A DNA stretch of 64,000 nucleotides, from UHGV virus genome UHGV-1332848. One strand, given 5' to 3'. Position numbers and translations under genes: made by a program. The notes under the pieces are model-generated. The model was not told the origin of the DNA and did no database searches. It worked only from the letters and a program-made list of their open reading frames with translations. This document shows positions 1-9,737 of the stretch, in pieces (the stretch's first letter is position 1; each line of letters starts with the position of its first letter). This DNA comes from a virus.

Positions 1-250
1 TATAGAAAAATATTATTCAAAGAAATACAAGAATAAATACAAGATATGCAAGTATTATACTGATTATATTTATTCTTATTCACATTGTGGTTGTGTGATA
101 CCTGAAGAATCTTACTATGAACAAAATTTATCAGATGATGGAAGTGAATTTATATCTAAGAGAAATATATATAGGTATAGAGAGATTTAAAAATTAACTA
201 AAAGTTGTTAAAATCAAGATTTTATTAAGAGAGGAGATGTGTGAATTATT

Positions 251-565
251 ATGAATATATTGGTTTATGATGAGTATTGTGGCGATATGGGTTGTTTGTA
301 TAGAAATAACTATGATGATTATCACGTAATACAAGTAGAAGAAATACACAACAAAGGAAAAATAGATTTAGATGATCTTATTAATAAAATATACAAAGAA
401 TGGATAAAGGTTTCTAGGTTTGAGTTTGAAAATGTAATTTTAAAAAACAGAGAAATATTGAATTATAATGGAATGTCAAAAGTTAAATGGATTATATTAC
501 CTGATGGCGATAATAATAGATATTCACAAGAAATTATAATAAAAGAGAGGTTTAAGGAGGTGTAA
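251..565 (+). CDS. hypothetical protein (104 aa)
   Basis: ORF with RBS-like AGAGGAG upstream; no recognised motif. Confidence 0.45.
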   Translation: MNILVYDEYCGDMGCLYRNNYDDYHVIQVEEIHNKGKIDLDDLINKIYKEWIKVSRFEFENVILKNREILNYNGMSKVKWIILPDGDNNRYSQEIIIKERFKEV

Positions 566-567
566 AA

Positions 568-732
568 ATGGTTAGTATTATTTTCTTTGTAAAGAATGGC
601 ATAGGTGGCTTTACGCCTCAGCATAGTGAAGAATTTAATACTTATGATGAAGCTTTAGATTTCTATATTATGAATAAAGAAAAGTATAGAAATCAAGGTG
701 TATTTTTAAAAATTAATGTGAAGGGAGAATAG
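568..732 (+). CDS. small hypothetical protein (54 aa), not in ORF table (below 60 aa)
   Basis: ATG 10 nt after AAGGAGG; fills an otherwise empty gap between tightly packed genes. Confidence 0.35.
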   Translation: MVSIIFFVKNGIGGFTPQHSEEFNTYDEALDFYIMNKEKYRNQGVFLKINVKGE

Positions 733-734
733 TT

Positions 735-1049
735 ATGGATAGAAGTTTAATAATGTTAACTTATAACCATAGAGATGGTATAACGGAAATAAAGCCTATC
801 AAAGCAGAACTTACTAGCGAGAGAAAATGTAAATATGTAATTAGATTAAATGATAATAATACATATATTTATGAACATAATTTTAATATAAGGCAGAAGA
901 TTGGAAAACTCAAAGATAGTAGGTATCGTGAGTATTTCATAATATCAGAGAATGAAGAAACTGCTGTAAAATCTTATAGTGAAGAGATCAAGAAACTTGT
1001 TAAAGTTCATTTAAGTAGCGTAGATTATCTTTTAAAATTATTAAAGTGA
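735..1049 (+). CDS. hypothetical protein (104 aa)
   Basis: ORF preceded by GGGAGAATAG RBS-like sequence. Confidence 0.45.
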   Translation: MDRSLIMLTYNHRDGITEIKPIKAELTSERKCKYVIRLNDNNTYIYEHNFNIRQKIGKLKDSRYREYFIISENEETAVKSYSEEIKKLVKVHLSSVDYLLKLLK

Positions 1050-1215
1050 AAAACGAGAGGTGTAATAATATATTGAAAAATAAAATGATTTACTGGTTAG
1101 AGTGTCTAGGTTTAACTATTGAAATTATACTTATAACATTGCTTTATACAGTTGTAATTAAAATGGGAGGATAGAAATTTTTTAAAATTGTTGTTTCAAC
1201 AGCTAATTAAAGGAT

Positions 1216-1593
1216 GTGATAGATATGGATTATTTTGATGAAGGTAATAAGCTTTACGATATAAGAAATTATAAACAGGCTATTAAAAAATACAAAAAGA
1301 GCATTGAATTTAAGGTGCATGAGGAACGTAGCTATTATAATATGGGGTGTTGTTACATAAAGCTAAAAGACTACAATAAAGCCATTGAATGTTTAAGGAA
1401 AGCAATGTCATTTAGTAGAGAAAGTGAATATTATTTTAATTTAGGATATTGCTATGCGTATAAAGAAGACTATGGATCTTCATTATTTAATTTTATAATA
1501 GCTTCAAAATTAGATGAAAATGATTATGACGCAGTAAAAGCTATAAATGTGCTTACAGAAGAAATAAAAGAGTTAAATTGCAACAATAATTAA
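1216..1593 (+). CDS. TPR-repeat protein
   Basis: Repeated 'YxxxGxxYxxxxxYxxAIexxxKA' TPR-like units (e.g. YYNMGCCYIKLKDYNKAIECLRKA). Confidence 0.5.
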   Translation: MIDMDYFDEGNKLYDIRNYKQAIKKYKKSIEFKVHEERSYYNMGCCYIKLKDYNKAIECLRKAMSFSRESEYYFNLGYCYAYKEDYGSSLFNFIIASKLDENDYDAVKAINVLTEEIKELNCNNN

Positions 1594-1641
1594 AATGCGA
1601 ATTTTATTAACAATTAATTAAAATATAAAAAGAGGTGTTAA

Positions 1642-2355
1642 ATGCAATACGTTGGAAGTAAAAATAGGTTATCTAAAGAGTTGATACCTATAATACAATC
1701 ATACATAAATGAAAACACAAAAGGTTATTTAGAGCCTTTTGTTGGTGGAGCAAATATAATAGATAAAATTAAATGTAATAACAAAATAGGATTCGATATA
1801 CACAAAGAGTTAATAGCATTACTTAAATATGTTTCAGAAGGAAAAGATTTGCCCAATACAATCACAAAAGAAGAGTATGATTATGTTAAAAATAATAGAG
1901 ATAAGTTTGAAGATTGGTATATAGGTTTAGTTGGTTTTTGTGGTAGTTATGGTGCAAAATATTTCGGTGGTTATGCTAAGGGTAATGATAAAAGAGATAG
2001 ACAAAATGAAGCCATAAGAAATTTAGCAAATCAGTCATATAATTTAAGAAACATATCTTTTATACATAGGGATTTTAGTGATATAGATAAAGATGAGTTT
2101 AAAAATTACGTTATATACTGTGATATACCTTATAAAGATACAACAAAATACAGTACAAAAGAATTTCCATATGAAGAATTTTATGAATGGGTAAAAGAAA
2201 TGTCAATACATAATACAGTGTTAATAAGTGAATATGATATGCCTGATGAGTTTGAGTGCATATGGTCAAAAGAACATAAGGTTAATTTTGATAGCAATAG
2301 AAATAACGCAGAAAAAAGAGTAGAAAAACTATTTACATACAATAAACAAATATAA
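1642..2355 (+). CDS. DNA N6-adenine methyltransferase, Dam/D12 class (orphan, no cognate endonuclease seen)
   Basis: N-terminal motif X (YVGSKNRL) and motif I (EPFVGGANI, FxGxG). C-terminal motif IV DPPY-like (CDIPY). The alpha-class order matches Dam-type MTases. Confidence 0.75.
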   Translation: MQYVGSKNRLSKELIPIIQSYINENTKGYLEPFVGGANIIDKIKCNNKIGFDIHKELIALLKYVSEGKDLPNTITKEEYDYVKNNRDKFEDWYIGLVGFCGSYGAKYFGGYAKGNDKRDRQNEAIRNLANQSYNLRNISFIHRDFSDIDKDEFKNYVIYCDIPYKDTTKYSTKEFPYEEFYEWVKEMSIHNTVLISEYDMPDEFECIWSKEHKVNFDSNRNNAEKRVEKLFTYNKQI

Positions 2356-2440
2356 TTGGTACATAATATATACTAATATATAACAAATAACTTAATAAAA
2401 TTTCTATTTTAAAAATTGTTTAATAATTAATTAAAAACTC

Positions 2441-2469
2441 TTTACAGTTTTTAGAATAAGTGGTAACAT
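2441..2469 (+). promoter_or_regulatory. sigma-A-type promoter TTTACA-17-TGgTAACAT preceded by AATAATTAATTAAAAA motif
   Basis: seen directly; same architecture at 11746-11773 (TTGACT-16-TGgTAAAAT) and 20585-20612 (TTTACA-16-TGgTATTAT). Confidence 0.5.
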
Positions 2470-2494
2470 ATAAATATAGGGAGGAGGTGAACGA

Positions 2495-2791
2495 ATGACA
2501 CCTTATGAACTAATAGAAACAATAAGTCAAAACCACAGTCCTTCTGAAACAATAGAAATAGTAAATGAGTTAATAGGTGAAATTGATAATAATCCAAGCA
2601 AATACATAAATGGATTATCACAATCTATTGAAGACTATGGCGAAATACATAACTTATGTCCTTTATGTGGATCTAAATTAACTACAAATACATACGAAGA
2701 AGATAGAGGAGAGTATTTCGGTTTTAACTCATACGAAACAATGTTTCATGGTGAATGTTCTAATCCAGAGTGTTCATATACAGAAGAGTAG
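2495..2791 (+). CDS. small zinc-ribbon protein
   Basis: CPLCG...HGECSNPEC paired Cys motifs. Confidence 0.45.
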   Translation: MTPYELIETISQNHSPSETIEIVNELIGEIDNNPSKYINGLSQSIEDYGEIHNLCPLCGSKLTTNTYEEDRGEYFGFNSYETMFHGECSNPECSYTEE

Positions 2792-3375
2792 AAAGGGGGA
2801 ATTTGATGGCAAAGAATAGGATTCTAAGCACTTTACTCTCGGTTATGTTATTAACACCATTGATTAAGGTAAGGGCTATAGAGATTCCTGCTTCTAAACC
2901 AAGAAAGGGAATTGAATTTGACAGGAATTTGAATTTAAGAAATTATGAAGTCGAACAAGTGGAAGAATTAATTAAAGTTGAATTTAAAAAACGTAAGAAA
3001 ATCGAATTGGAAGAACAAAAGAAAAGGGAAATTGAGGAGCAAAAGTTGGAAAATAAAAAGCAGTATTGGAAGTTTGAAGTGAGTTACTATTGTGGATGCT
3101 ACTACTGTACTCAGAATGGTAATTTAATTACAGCAAGTGGCGAGTGTGCACAAGAAGGAGTGACGATAGCTTTGCCCAAAGATATACCTTTTGGCAGTAA
3201 AGTGCATATAGACGATGTTGGGGATTTTATAGTACAAGACCGAGGTGGGTACATCGAATACACGTATGATGAAGAAGGAAACTTAATAATGAGGGCAGAT
3301 GTGTATATTGAAAATCATGATAGAGCTTTGGAGTTAGGAAGACATATTGAAAGTGGATATATAATAATTAATTAA
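2770..3375 (+). CDS. secreted 3D-domain (MltA/YuiC-like) protein
   Basis: N-terminal signal-peptide-like hydrophobic segment. C-terminal Cys/Asp-rich block GECAQEGVTIALPKDIPFGSKVHIDDVGDFIVQDRGGYI typical of the 3D domain. Confidence 0.55.
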   Translation: MFIYRRVERGNLMAKNRILSTLLSVMLLTPLIKVRAIEIPASKPRKGIEFDRNLNLRNYEVEQVEELIKVEFKKRKKIELEEQKKREIEEQKLENKKQYWKFEVSYYCGCYYCTQNGNLITASGECAQEGVTIALPKDIPFGSKVHIDDVGDFIVQDRGGYIEYTYDEEGNLIMRADVYIENHDRALELGRHIESGYIIIN

Positions 3376-3380
3376 AATAA

Positions 3381-3743
3381 TTGAGGGGTGGTTTTATGAA
3401 ACAATTTGCTTGTAAATCTTGTGGAAGTGTAGATTTATTTACAAAAGATAAAGGCGGAAATACAATGTTATATTGTTCAGATTGTGGAGCATATCAACAA
3501 AACTTAGGAAAGAATGACAAATTATTATTTGAAGAGTATAAAAAGTCTTTAGAGCCAGTTAAAAAGATAGCTAATAACATACAAGCTATGGAAAGTATTT
3601 TAAATTACGATGGTAGCACAGTTGCTGAATTAAACAATCTAATAGTTGCGGAAAAGGCTAGGCTAGAATTTATAAATAATAGTTTTCAAAGAGGAATAAT
3701 AAAAGGTTTAGAAATGGCTTTGAAACTTATGGTGGATAAATAA
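3381..3743 (+). CDS. zinc-ribbon protein
   Basis: CKSCGS...CSDCG motifs. Real start may be the ATG at about 3396 (MKQF). Confidence 0.45.
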   Translation: MRGGFMKQFACKSCGSVDLFTKDKGGNTMLYCSDCGAYQQNLGKNDKLLFEEYKKSLEPVKKIANNIQAMESILNYDGSTVAELNNLIVAEKARLEFINNSFQRGIIKGLEMALKLMVDK

Positions 3744-3766
3744 ATGAAAGATGTTGAGGGAGAGAA

Positions 3767-3937
3767 ATGAATATATTTTTAATACTATGGTTTATCGGTT
3801 TCTTTATATTTACTATAAGCTTTGTGCTTTGGGTAGTGTTTTTAATTAAAAAAGATATTGATAAAATGCTTAAATGGAATATGGTATTATTGGTTGGATG
3901 TCTTTTAATGAACCTATTTGGCAAATACATAAAATAA
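3767..3937 (+). CDS. small two-TM membrane protein (56 aa), not in ORF table
   Basis: ATG after GAGGGAGAGAA RBS; two hydrophobic helices. Explains a gap otherwise covered only by an antisense ORF. Confidence 0.4.
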   Translation: MNIFLILWFIGFFIFTISFVLWVVFLIKKDIDKMLKWNMVLLVGCLLMNLFGKYIK

Positions 3938-3961
3938 GTCTTTTATAATGTTTTTTAAGAG

Positions 3962-4366
3962 GTGAGAATTGTGAGAAAGATTAAGTTTAGGTTTAGATTA
4001 GAAGATAAAATAACAAAAGAAATAATAATGGTTTATGCTGAATTATATAATCCAAAGTATTCAAGTGATTTAATGCAATATCCTATAAATTTAGAAGAGT
4101 TTAATGTGTTATCTATTGATGAATATACAGGACTTAGAGATAAAAATGCAAAAGAAATCTATGAAGGTGATGTTATAAGACATAAAAATCCAAAACCATT
4201 TAAAGATTCAATTTATAAAGTAGTATTTTTAAATGGAGGATTTGCAATAAAGAATAGTGATTATGTAGAAGATTTAAATGAATTTTTGAAAGGTAGTTCA
4301 AGTGCTGAGGTCGTAGGAAACATATATGAAAATTTAGATTTGTTGAAAGGTTGCAATAATGGATAA
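3962..4366 (+). CDS. YopX-family phage protein
   Basis: Motif TGLRDKNAKEIYEGDVI matches the conserved YopX 'D.NGkEIyEGDiv' block. Confidence 0.6.
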   Translation: MRIVRKIKFRFRLEDKITKEIIMVYAELYNPKYSSDLMQYPINLEEFNVLSIDEYTGLRDKNAKEIYEGDVIRHKNPKPFKDSIYKVVFLNGGFAIKNSDYVEDLNEFLKGSSSAEVVGNIYENLDLLKGCNNG

Positions 4367-4640
4367 ATGGAAAGAGGTTTATAAATATTACAAAGAAAAT
4401 AAAATAGAGTATTATGAAGATTACTTAGGCGCAAAATTAACAAAATTTCAAAAGATTAAATTGAAAATATACAACATTTTCATTAGGTACTTGCAAGAAC
4501 TTATTGAAAGACAAAGAGAGATAATAGATGAAATGTTAATAGAACCTTATGGTAGTCTTAGATATGTAACTTTAAAGTTACATATGAATGTGTTGGATTT
4601 AAAAATTATATTTATTAAAGAGTTATTTAAAATTAAATAA
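4359..4640 (+). CDS. hypothetical protein
   Basis: ORF overlapping upstream stop; coding periodicity. Confidence 0.4.
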   Translation: MDKWKEVYKYYKENKIEYYEDYLGAKLTKFQKIKLKIYNIFIRYLQELIERQREIIDEMLIEPYGSLRYVTLKLHMNVLDLKIIFIKELFKIK

Positions 4641-4656
4641 CAAGAGGTGTTTAGAT

Positions 4657-4923
4657 ATGAAATTTTGTCCATTTTGTAAAACAAGATTGAGAGAGTATAA
4701 TTATACAAGTCATTATGACCCTCCAGAATATGGTACAGTTTGTGATAACACTAAATGTGGAAAATATTATAGTGGATATTTTTATTATGATGGTATTAGT
4801 TTAAAATGTGGGAATTGGACATATTTTGAGAAGTGTGACGAAACAGACAGTGTAGATTCTAAGTTGTTAGAGTTTAGAAAAAGAATTAATTACCAATTAA
4901 AGAAAAGCAATAAAAAGAGGTGA
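4657..4923 (+). CDS. zinc-ribbon protein
   Basis: CPFCK...CDNTKCG. Confidence 0.45.
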   Translation: MKFCPFCKTRLREYNYTSHYDPPEYGTVCDNTKCGKYYSGYFYYDGISLKCGNWTYFEKCDETDSVDSKLLEFRKRINYQLKKSNKKR

Positions 4924-4927
4924 TTGT

Positions 4928-5110
4928 ATGGATAATTGCTGTAACTGTAATAAAGAATGTGAATCTGAATATGTTTGTTCAGAATGTAGAGAAATAATGT
5001 GTTATAATTGTTGGCAAATTATGGTGGTATATGCGAAAGTTGCTATGATAAATATTATAGTGATGATGAAGAAGATATTTAAAAGAGGTATTTTATTAAA
5101 AATAAATTAA
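4928..5110 (+). CDS. Cys-rich small protein
   Basis: CCNCNKECESEYVCSECREIMCYNC. Confidence 0.4.
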   Translation: MDNCCNCNKECESEYVCSECREIMCYNCWQIMVVYAKVAMINIIVMMKKIFKRGILLKIN

Positions 5111-5124
5111 AAGGAGAAAGTTAA

Positions 5125-5559
5125 ATGAAAATTGAAGAAGCTGTACAAATTATAAAATCATTTGATATACCAGAGATTAATGAAGCTATGAGATGGATAA
5201 CACCAATGATTTACGAAAGAGATAAGTACAAAGAGAATTTTATAAAAATGGTGAAAATCTACAAAAAGATGTTGCCAACAATACATAAAGACAAAGAGAT
5301 AGAATTAAACAAAACCTATTGGGTTACCGAATGGTCTTGGAGTCCAATGTGTGACGGAAGATTTGTATATGAAGAAACTATAAGAAGTCATAAAGTTATT
5401 AATGGAATAGATTGTTATTTTACAGATAGTAATTATAGAACTTATTTTAAAGAAGATATTTACGAATCAAGAGAAGAAGCCGAAGAGGTAGTTAGGTGGC
5501 AAAATAAATTTGCCTACGATTATGAAACTATAATATCTAGGCAAAATGATATAAGATAA
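5125..5559 (+). CDS. hypothetical protein
   Basis: RBS AAGGAGAAAG upstream. Confidence 0.5.
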   Translation: MKIEEAVQIIKSFDIPEINEAMRWITPMIYERDKYKENFIKMVKIYKKMLPTIHKDKEIELNKTYWVTEWSWSPMCDGRFVYEETIRSHKVINGIDCYFTDSNYRTYFKEDIYESREEAEEVVRWQNKFAYDYETIISRQNDIR

Positions 5560-5624
5560 AATAAAAACATAATTTTAATAATTAATTTGTAACTATTATA
5601 AATTAATTTTGAGGGGGAAATGAA

Positions 5625-6086
5625 ATGGGAAGAGAATTGAAAAGAGTTCCTTTAGATTTTAATTATCCATTAAATGAAGTCTGGGAAGGTTATGCTCCAA
5701 CTATAGAGAAGATTAAGTCTATAAAAGGTATATTTAAAAAAGCACCCTACTTAAAAGATTGTAAGTCATCTTGGGATATATGCTCCAAATGTGATGAAAT
5801 AATAAATTGTTGCAGTGAAAGTGCAGAACATTGTATATGGTATAACAAGGACAATAAAAGAGAATGGTATAAAGAAGTACCTGAAGGTGAAGGGTATCAG
5901 TTATGGGAAACTACATCCGAAGGCTCTCCTATTAGTCCAGTATTCAAAACTTTGAATGATTTATGTGAATGGTGTGAAGATAATGCAACTACATTTGCAG
6001 ATTATAAAGCCACAAAAGAAGAATGGAGAAGAATGTTGCAAAGTGGGCTTGTAAGCCATAAAGAAGTAAATATTGAATTTATTTAA
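5625..6086 (+). CDS. hypothetical Cys-containing protein
   Basis: RBS GAGGGGGAAA upstream. Confidence 0.5.
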   Translation: MGRELKRVPLDFNYPLNEVWEGYAPTIEKIKSIKGIFKKAPYLKDCKSSWDICSKCDEIINCCSESAEHCIWYNKDNKREWYKEVPEGEGYQLWETTSEGSPISPVFKTLNDLCEWCEDNATTFADYKATKEEWRRMLQSGLVSHKEVNIEFI

Positions 6087-6501
6087 TATGTCATCCAGAA
6101 ATAATAATAATATGGGAAAAGGGGAGATTGATATGGGAATTTATAAAATAGGGAAATGCGATTATTGTGATAATAAAGGTGAAATAGTCAGACCTACACC
6201 TTTTATGGCAGACATAGCAATGATGTGTGAATATTGTTGGGGTGAAACTAAAAGAGAGTATGCTAATTCACATGGAGAATATATAGATGATTTTCAAAGT
6301 GACAAAGAAGATTATAAAAAATTAGACGAAATACAAAAGAATATGGCTTACGAAGAAGAACTAAAAAGACTAGAATTAAAATTTAGAGAATGTGGATATA
6401 GCGATGATGCTATAGAATCAATAAAATATAATGATGGGGCAACAGAAGTAGAAGAATTTATTGCAAATTTAGAAGAAGAGTTAAGTTGTTGGAGTGAGTA
6501 G
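6073..6501 (+). CDS. hypothetical zinc-ribbon protein
   Basis: CDYCDNKGE...CEYCWG. Real start possibly at internal MGIYKIG. Confidence 0.45.
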   Translation: MNLFNMSSRNNNNMGKGEIDMGIYKIGKCDYCDNKGEIVRPTPFMADIAMMCEYCWGETKREYANSHGEYIDDFQSDKEDYKKLDEIQKNMAYEEELKRLELKFRECGYSDDAIESIKYNDGATEVEEFIANLEEELSCWSE

Positions 6502-6551
6502 TAAACAATTCAGAAATAAAAATAAATTAAATAAAAAAAGGATGTGTAAAA

Positions 6552-6779
6552 ATGTATATAAATAATACAACATATTGTGGAAATCAAGATTGTGATAATT
6601 GCAAAAACAATGATATTTGCAAGTGGGTTTCTTCAAGAAAAGAGATAAATAGTAAGGTCAATGAAATGAGAAAAGATAAAGATTTTTGTTCTCCAGTACA
6701 GATAAAAGTTACTTGTAATAGCTTTGAAAAGAAGGAAGAGAAACGAGATGGTTGGAAGCTAACAAATAAATTTAATTAA
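6552..6779 (+). CDS. Cys-rich small protein
   Basis: CGNQDCDNCKNNDIC. Confidence 0.4.
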   Translation: MYINNTTYCGNQDCDNCKNNDICKWVSSRKEINSKVNEMRKDKDFCSPVQIKVTCNSFEKKEEKRDGWKLTNKFN

Positions 6780-6791
6780 GGTAGGTGAAAT

Positions 6792-7118
6792 ATGGACAAA
6801 TTTAAATACACTATAAACGATATATTTAAATTTCCAATAGGAACTAAATTACAAGATGAAGAGGGTAATACATATAAAATATTTCAAGATAAACTTGGTT
6901 CGAAAACATTCAAGTATGCAATATTAAATGATAGATTAATGAATAGTAAATTTAAAGTGGTTGATTATAATGATGTTGAAGATAAGGATTTAATATGCCC
7001 TGATTGTGGTAGAGAGCTGGGAAGAAGATTTGTAAAAATAGATGACCACGGCGGATATGATTTCATTCTTGGAGTAGAATACGATTGTGAGTGTGGTTAT
7101 TACAGAGTAGATAAATAA
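6792..7118 (+). CDS. zinc-ribbon protein
   Basis: CPDCG...CECG. Confidence 0.45.
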   Translation: MDKFKYTINDIFKFPIGTKLQDEEGNTYKIFQDKLGSKTFKYAILNDRLMNSKFKVVDYNDVEDKDLICPDCGRELGRRFVKIDDHGGYDFILGVEYDCECGYYRVDK

Positions 7119-7145
7119 TAAATTAAAAAGTGAGAGGTGTAAAAT

Positions 7146-7370
7146 ATGGAAATGATTCAAAGAGATATAGAGCATGACAACCTTGAAGAAGCTAGAAATA
7201 ATTTAAATGATTTTACTGGTAAAATAAAGAGAAGATATGAAAGAGAAATACATATGGATAATGATAGATTAATAGATGAATGGCAATTAGGTTTTATAAA
7301 TGAGAATCCTGATTTGAGTTTTGATGAAATATTATTAGTAAAAAGAGTTTTTGATTATAGAAGGGATTAG
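7146..7370 (+). CDS. hypothetical protein
   Basis: RBS GAGAGGTG upstream. Confidence 0.4.
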   Translation: MEMIQRDIEHDNLEEARNNLNDFTGKIKRRYEREIHMDNDRLIDEWQLGFINENPDLSFDEILLVKRVFDYRRD

Positions 7371-7380
7371 ATAGAAAATA

Positions 7381-7605
7381 ATGATTGAATTGTGGTTTGT
7401 AATCTCAATGTTAACATGCATCATTTATTTCCTTATTCTGTTCAGATGTGAAAAGATTATAAAAAAACATTTGAGCATAAAATTTATTGAAACAATCAAA
7501 ACACTTTTAATATGTTTTATACCAATAGTACACATGTTCGTGATGCTGGGTTTAATGTTTGTATTGTTATTTGTGAGTGACGAAAAATTAAAGAGTTTAG
7601 TGTAG
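7381..7605 (+). CDS. small membrane protein
   Basis: two hydrophobic helices. Confidence 0.35.
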   Translation: MIELWFVISMLTCIIYFLILFRCEKIIKKHLSIKFIETIKTLLICFIPIVHMFVMLGLMFVLLFVSDEKLKSLV

Positions 7606-7697
7606 AGTAGATAAAACATTGATTTTATTAATAATTAATTAAAAATAAGCCAACGTTGCTGAAACAGGGGTGAGTATAGATTAAAGGGAGGAATTAC

Positions 7698-8851
7698 ATG
7701 AAAGTTATTAAAAGAGACGGAACAGATGTAGATTTTCAAAAGGAGAAAATAGAAAATGCAATATTTAAAGCTATGAAAAATGGTAGTGGTGTAGTAAAGG
7801 AGAAGATTGCACAAAAGATATCAGAAGAAATACAACAATCTGCAATAAGTGTTCTATCAGTATCACAGATAGAAAAAATGGTTTATGATCTGTTAATTAA
7901 ATATAAACAAAAAGATACAGCTAGAGCATATGAGAGGTTCAGGGCAGTACAAGAATTTAAAAGAAATAATAATACAACAGACGAAAGTATACTAAGTCTT
8001 TTAAATAAAACTAATGAAGATGTTGCTAAAGAAAATTCCAATAAAAACTCAGTTATTGCGTCTACTCAAAGAGATTTGATAGCAGGTGAAGTTTCAAAAG
8101 ATATAGCAAAAAGAAAACTTATTCCAACACATATAGTTCAAGCACATGAAGAAGGGGCAATCCACTACCACGACCTAGATTATGCAATACAAAATATTTT
8201 CAATTGTTGTTTAATAAACCTACAAGACATGCTTGATAACGGGACGGTGATTAATGATAAATTAGTCGAATCACCAAAATCCTTTAGTACAGCATGTACA
8301 ATAACAACTCAAATAATGGCTCAAGTTGCAAGTAATCAGTACGGTGGACAAAGTATAACTATTGCACATTTAGCTCCTTATTTAAGAAGAACAAGAGACA
8401 AAGCATTTAAACATTATTATAATGACTTAGGCTTTGATGTTGAAACTTCTAATAAATTATCTAAAGATATAATGATGAAAGAACTTAAAGATGGTGTTCA
8501 GACTATAAGATATCAGCTTTCAACATTACAAACTACTAACGGTCAAGCTCCATTTGCAACTATTTACCTTGAAATTGATGAAGGTAATGAGTATGAGGAA
8601 GAAATGGCTTTGATTTGTGAAGAAATGATAAAGCAAAGATTAGAGGGCATGAAAAATTATAAAGGACAAGAAATAGGAGAGGCTTTCCCAAAACTTGTTT
8701 ATTTATTAGATGAACACAATTGTCTTGAAGGTGGAAAATATGACTACATAACTAAATTATCAGCTAAGTGTACAGCAAAAAGACTTGTTCCAGACTATCA
8801 GTCGGCAAAAATTATGAGAATGAATTATGAAGGAAATACTTTCCCACCGAT
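7698..8851 (+). CDS. nrdD: anaerobic ribonucleoside-triphosphate reductase NrdD, exon 1
   Basis: N-terminal ATP-cone (VIKRDGTDVDFQKEKIENAI); RBS AAGGGAGG. The ORF frame runs into a stop at 8858, just after the inferred 5' splice site (U8851). Confidence 0.75.
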
Positions 8852-9737
8852 AAACTAAAACTGTCGCATATAGTAGTGATATTATATGAAAACCCATCTA
8901 AACGGAGAAAGTCCTATATAAAGGATAACTCACCGTACTAAATTGTTGAATATTTAAAAATTAATTAAATAGGAGGTGTTATATTGTGGAAAGATATTCA
9001 AAATTGGGAAGATTTATATGAAGTTAGCGATACTGGGGAGGTTAGAAATAAATTATCCAATAATTTATTAGTTGGTGATATTAATAACGCAGGTTACTAT
9101 CGTGTATGTTTATATAATAAGAACCACATACCGCCAAAACAAAGGTTCTTTAGACATAGACTGGTGGCAAAACATTTTATAGATAACCATAAAAATCTAC
9201 CTCAAGTAAACCATATAGATGGTGATAAATCAAATAATTCGATGAATAACTTAGAATGGGTTAGCCCAAAAGAGAATGAAATACATAGTAGAAAAGTTAT
9301 TGGCGTAAAAGAATATAAACCATTTGCTGTAGTTTTTGATAATGGTAAAACCATTGTTTGTAATTCAAAATCAGAATTAAGCAATGAAATTGGGTTAACA
9401 AAAACTTCTATAAAAGAATGGTTGCATAAAGGTAACACCGGTTATTTAAAAAGAGGGATTAAAGATATATACTACATATAAAGTAAAAGTATTCAACATA
9501 AAAGTCTAAAGACTAACGAAAACAATTAATAGAGAAACACTATTAAGGGAATGAGTAGTGTAGAGCCACAAGCTTATGGTGGTAAGGCACGGGAGATAAG
9601 ACCTTTTAAATCGAAACGATGGGGCTCTTATCAATGGTAACAGTTGTAAGAGTGTGATATAGTCTAATATCTTATGGTAACATAAGGAAGTTCATAAGAG
9701 AACTGTACAACAGTTGCGATGTTGTATGAATATTATG
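8852..9737 (+). mobile_element. group I self-splicing intron interrupting nrdD, carrying a homing-endonuclease ORF
   Basis: Splicing U8851 to G9738 gives ...FPP-M-GCRSHVG...GRFNQGVISLNLPQIA. This matches, from memory, the conserved NrdD block (E. coli ...SPMGCRSFLG...GRNNLGVVSLNLPRIA). Intron ends in G (9737) and exon 1 ends in U. A structured GC-richer RNA segment lies at 9481-9737. Confidence 0.65.
8984..9481 (+). CDS. HNH homing endonuclease (NUMOD4 + HNH_3), intron-encoded
   Basis: NUMOD4-like WEDLYEVSDTGEVRN. HNH core VNHIDGDKSNNSMNNLEWVSPKEN. Own RBS AGGAGGTG. Confidence 0.85.
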   Translation: MWKDIQNWEDLYEVSDTGEVRNKLSNNLLVGDINNAGYYRVCLYNKNHIPPKQRFFRHRLVAKHFIDNHKNLPQVNHIDGDKSNNSMNNLEWVSPKENEIHSRKVIGVKEYKPFAVVFDNGKTIVCNSKSELSNEIGLTKTSIKEWLHKGNTGYLKRGIKDIYYI

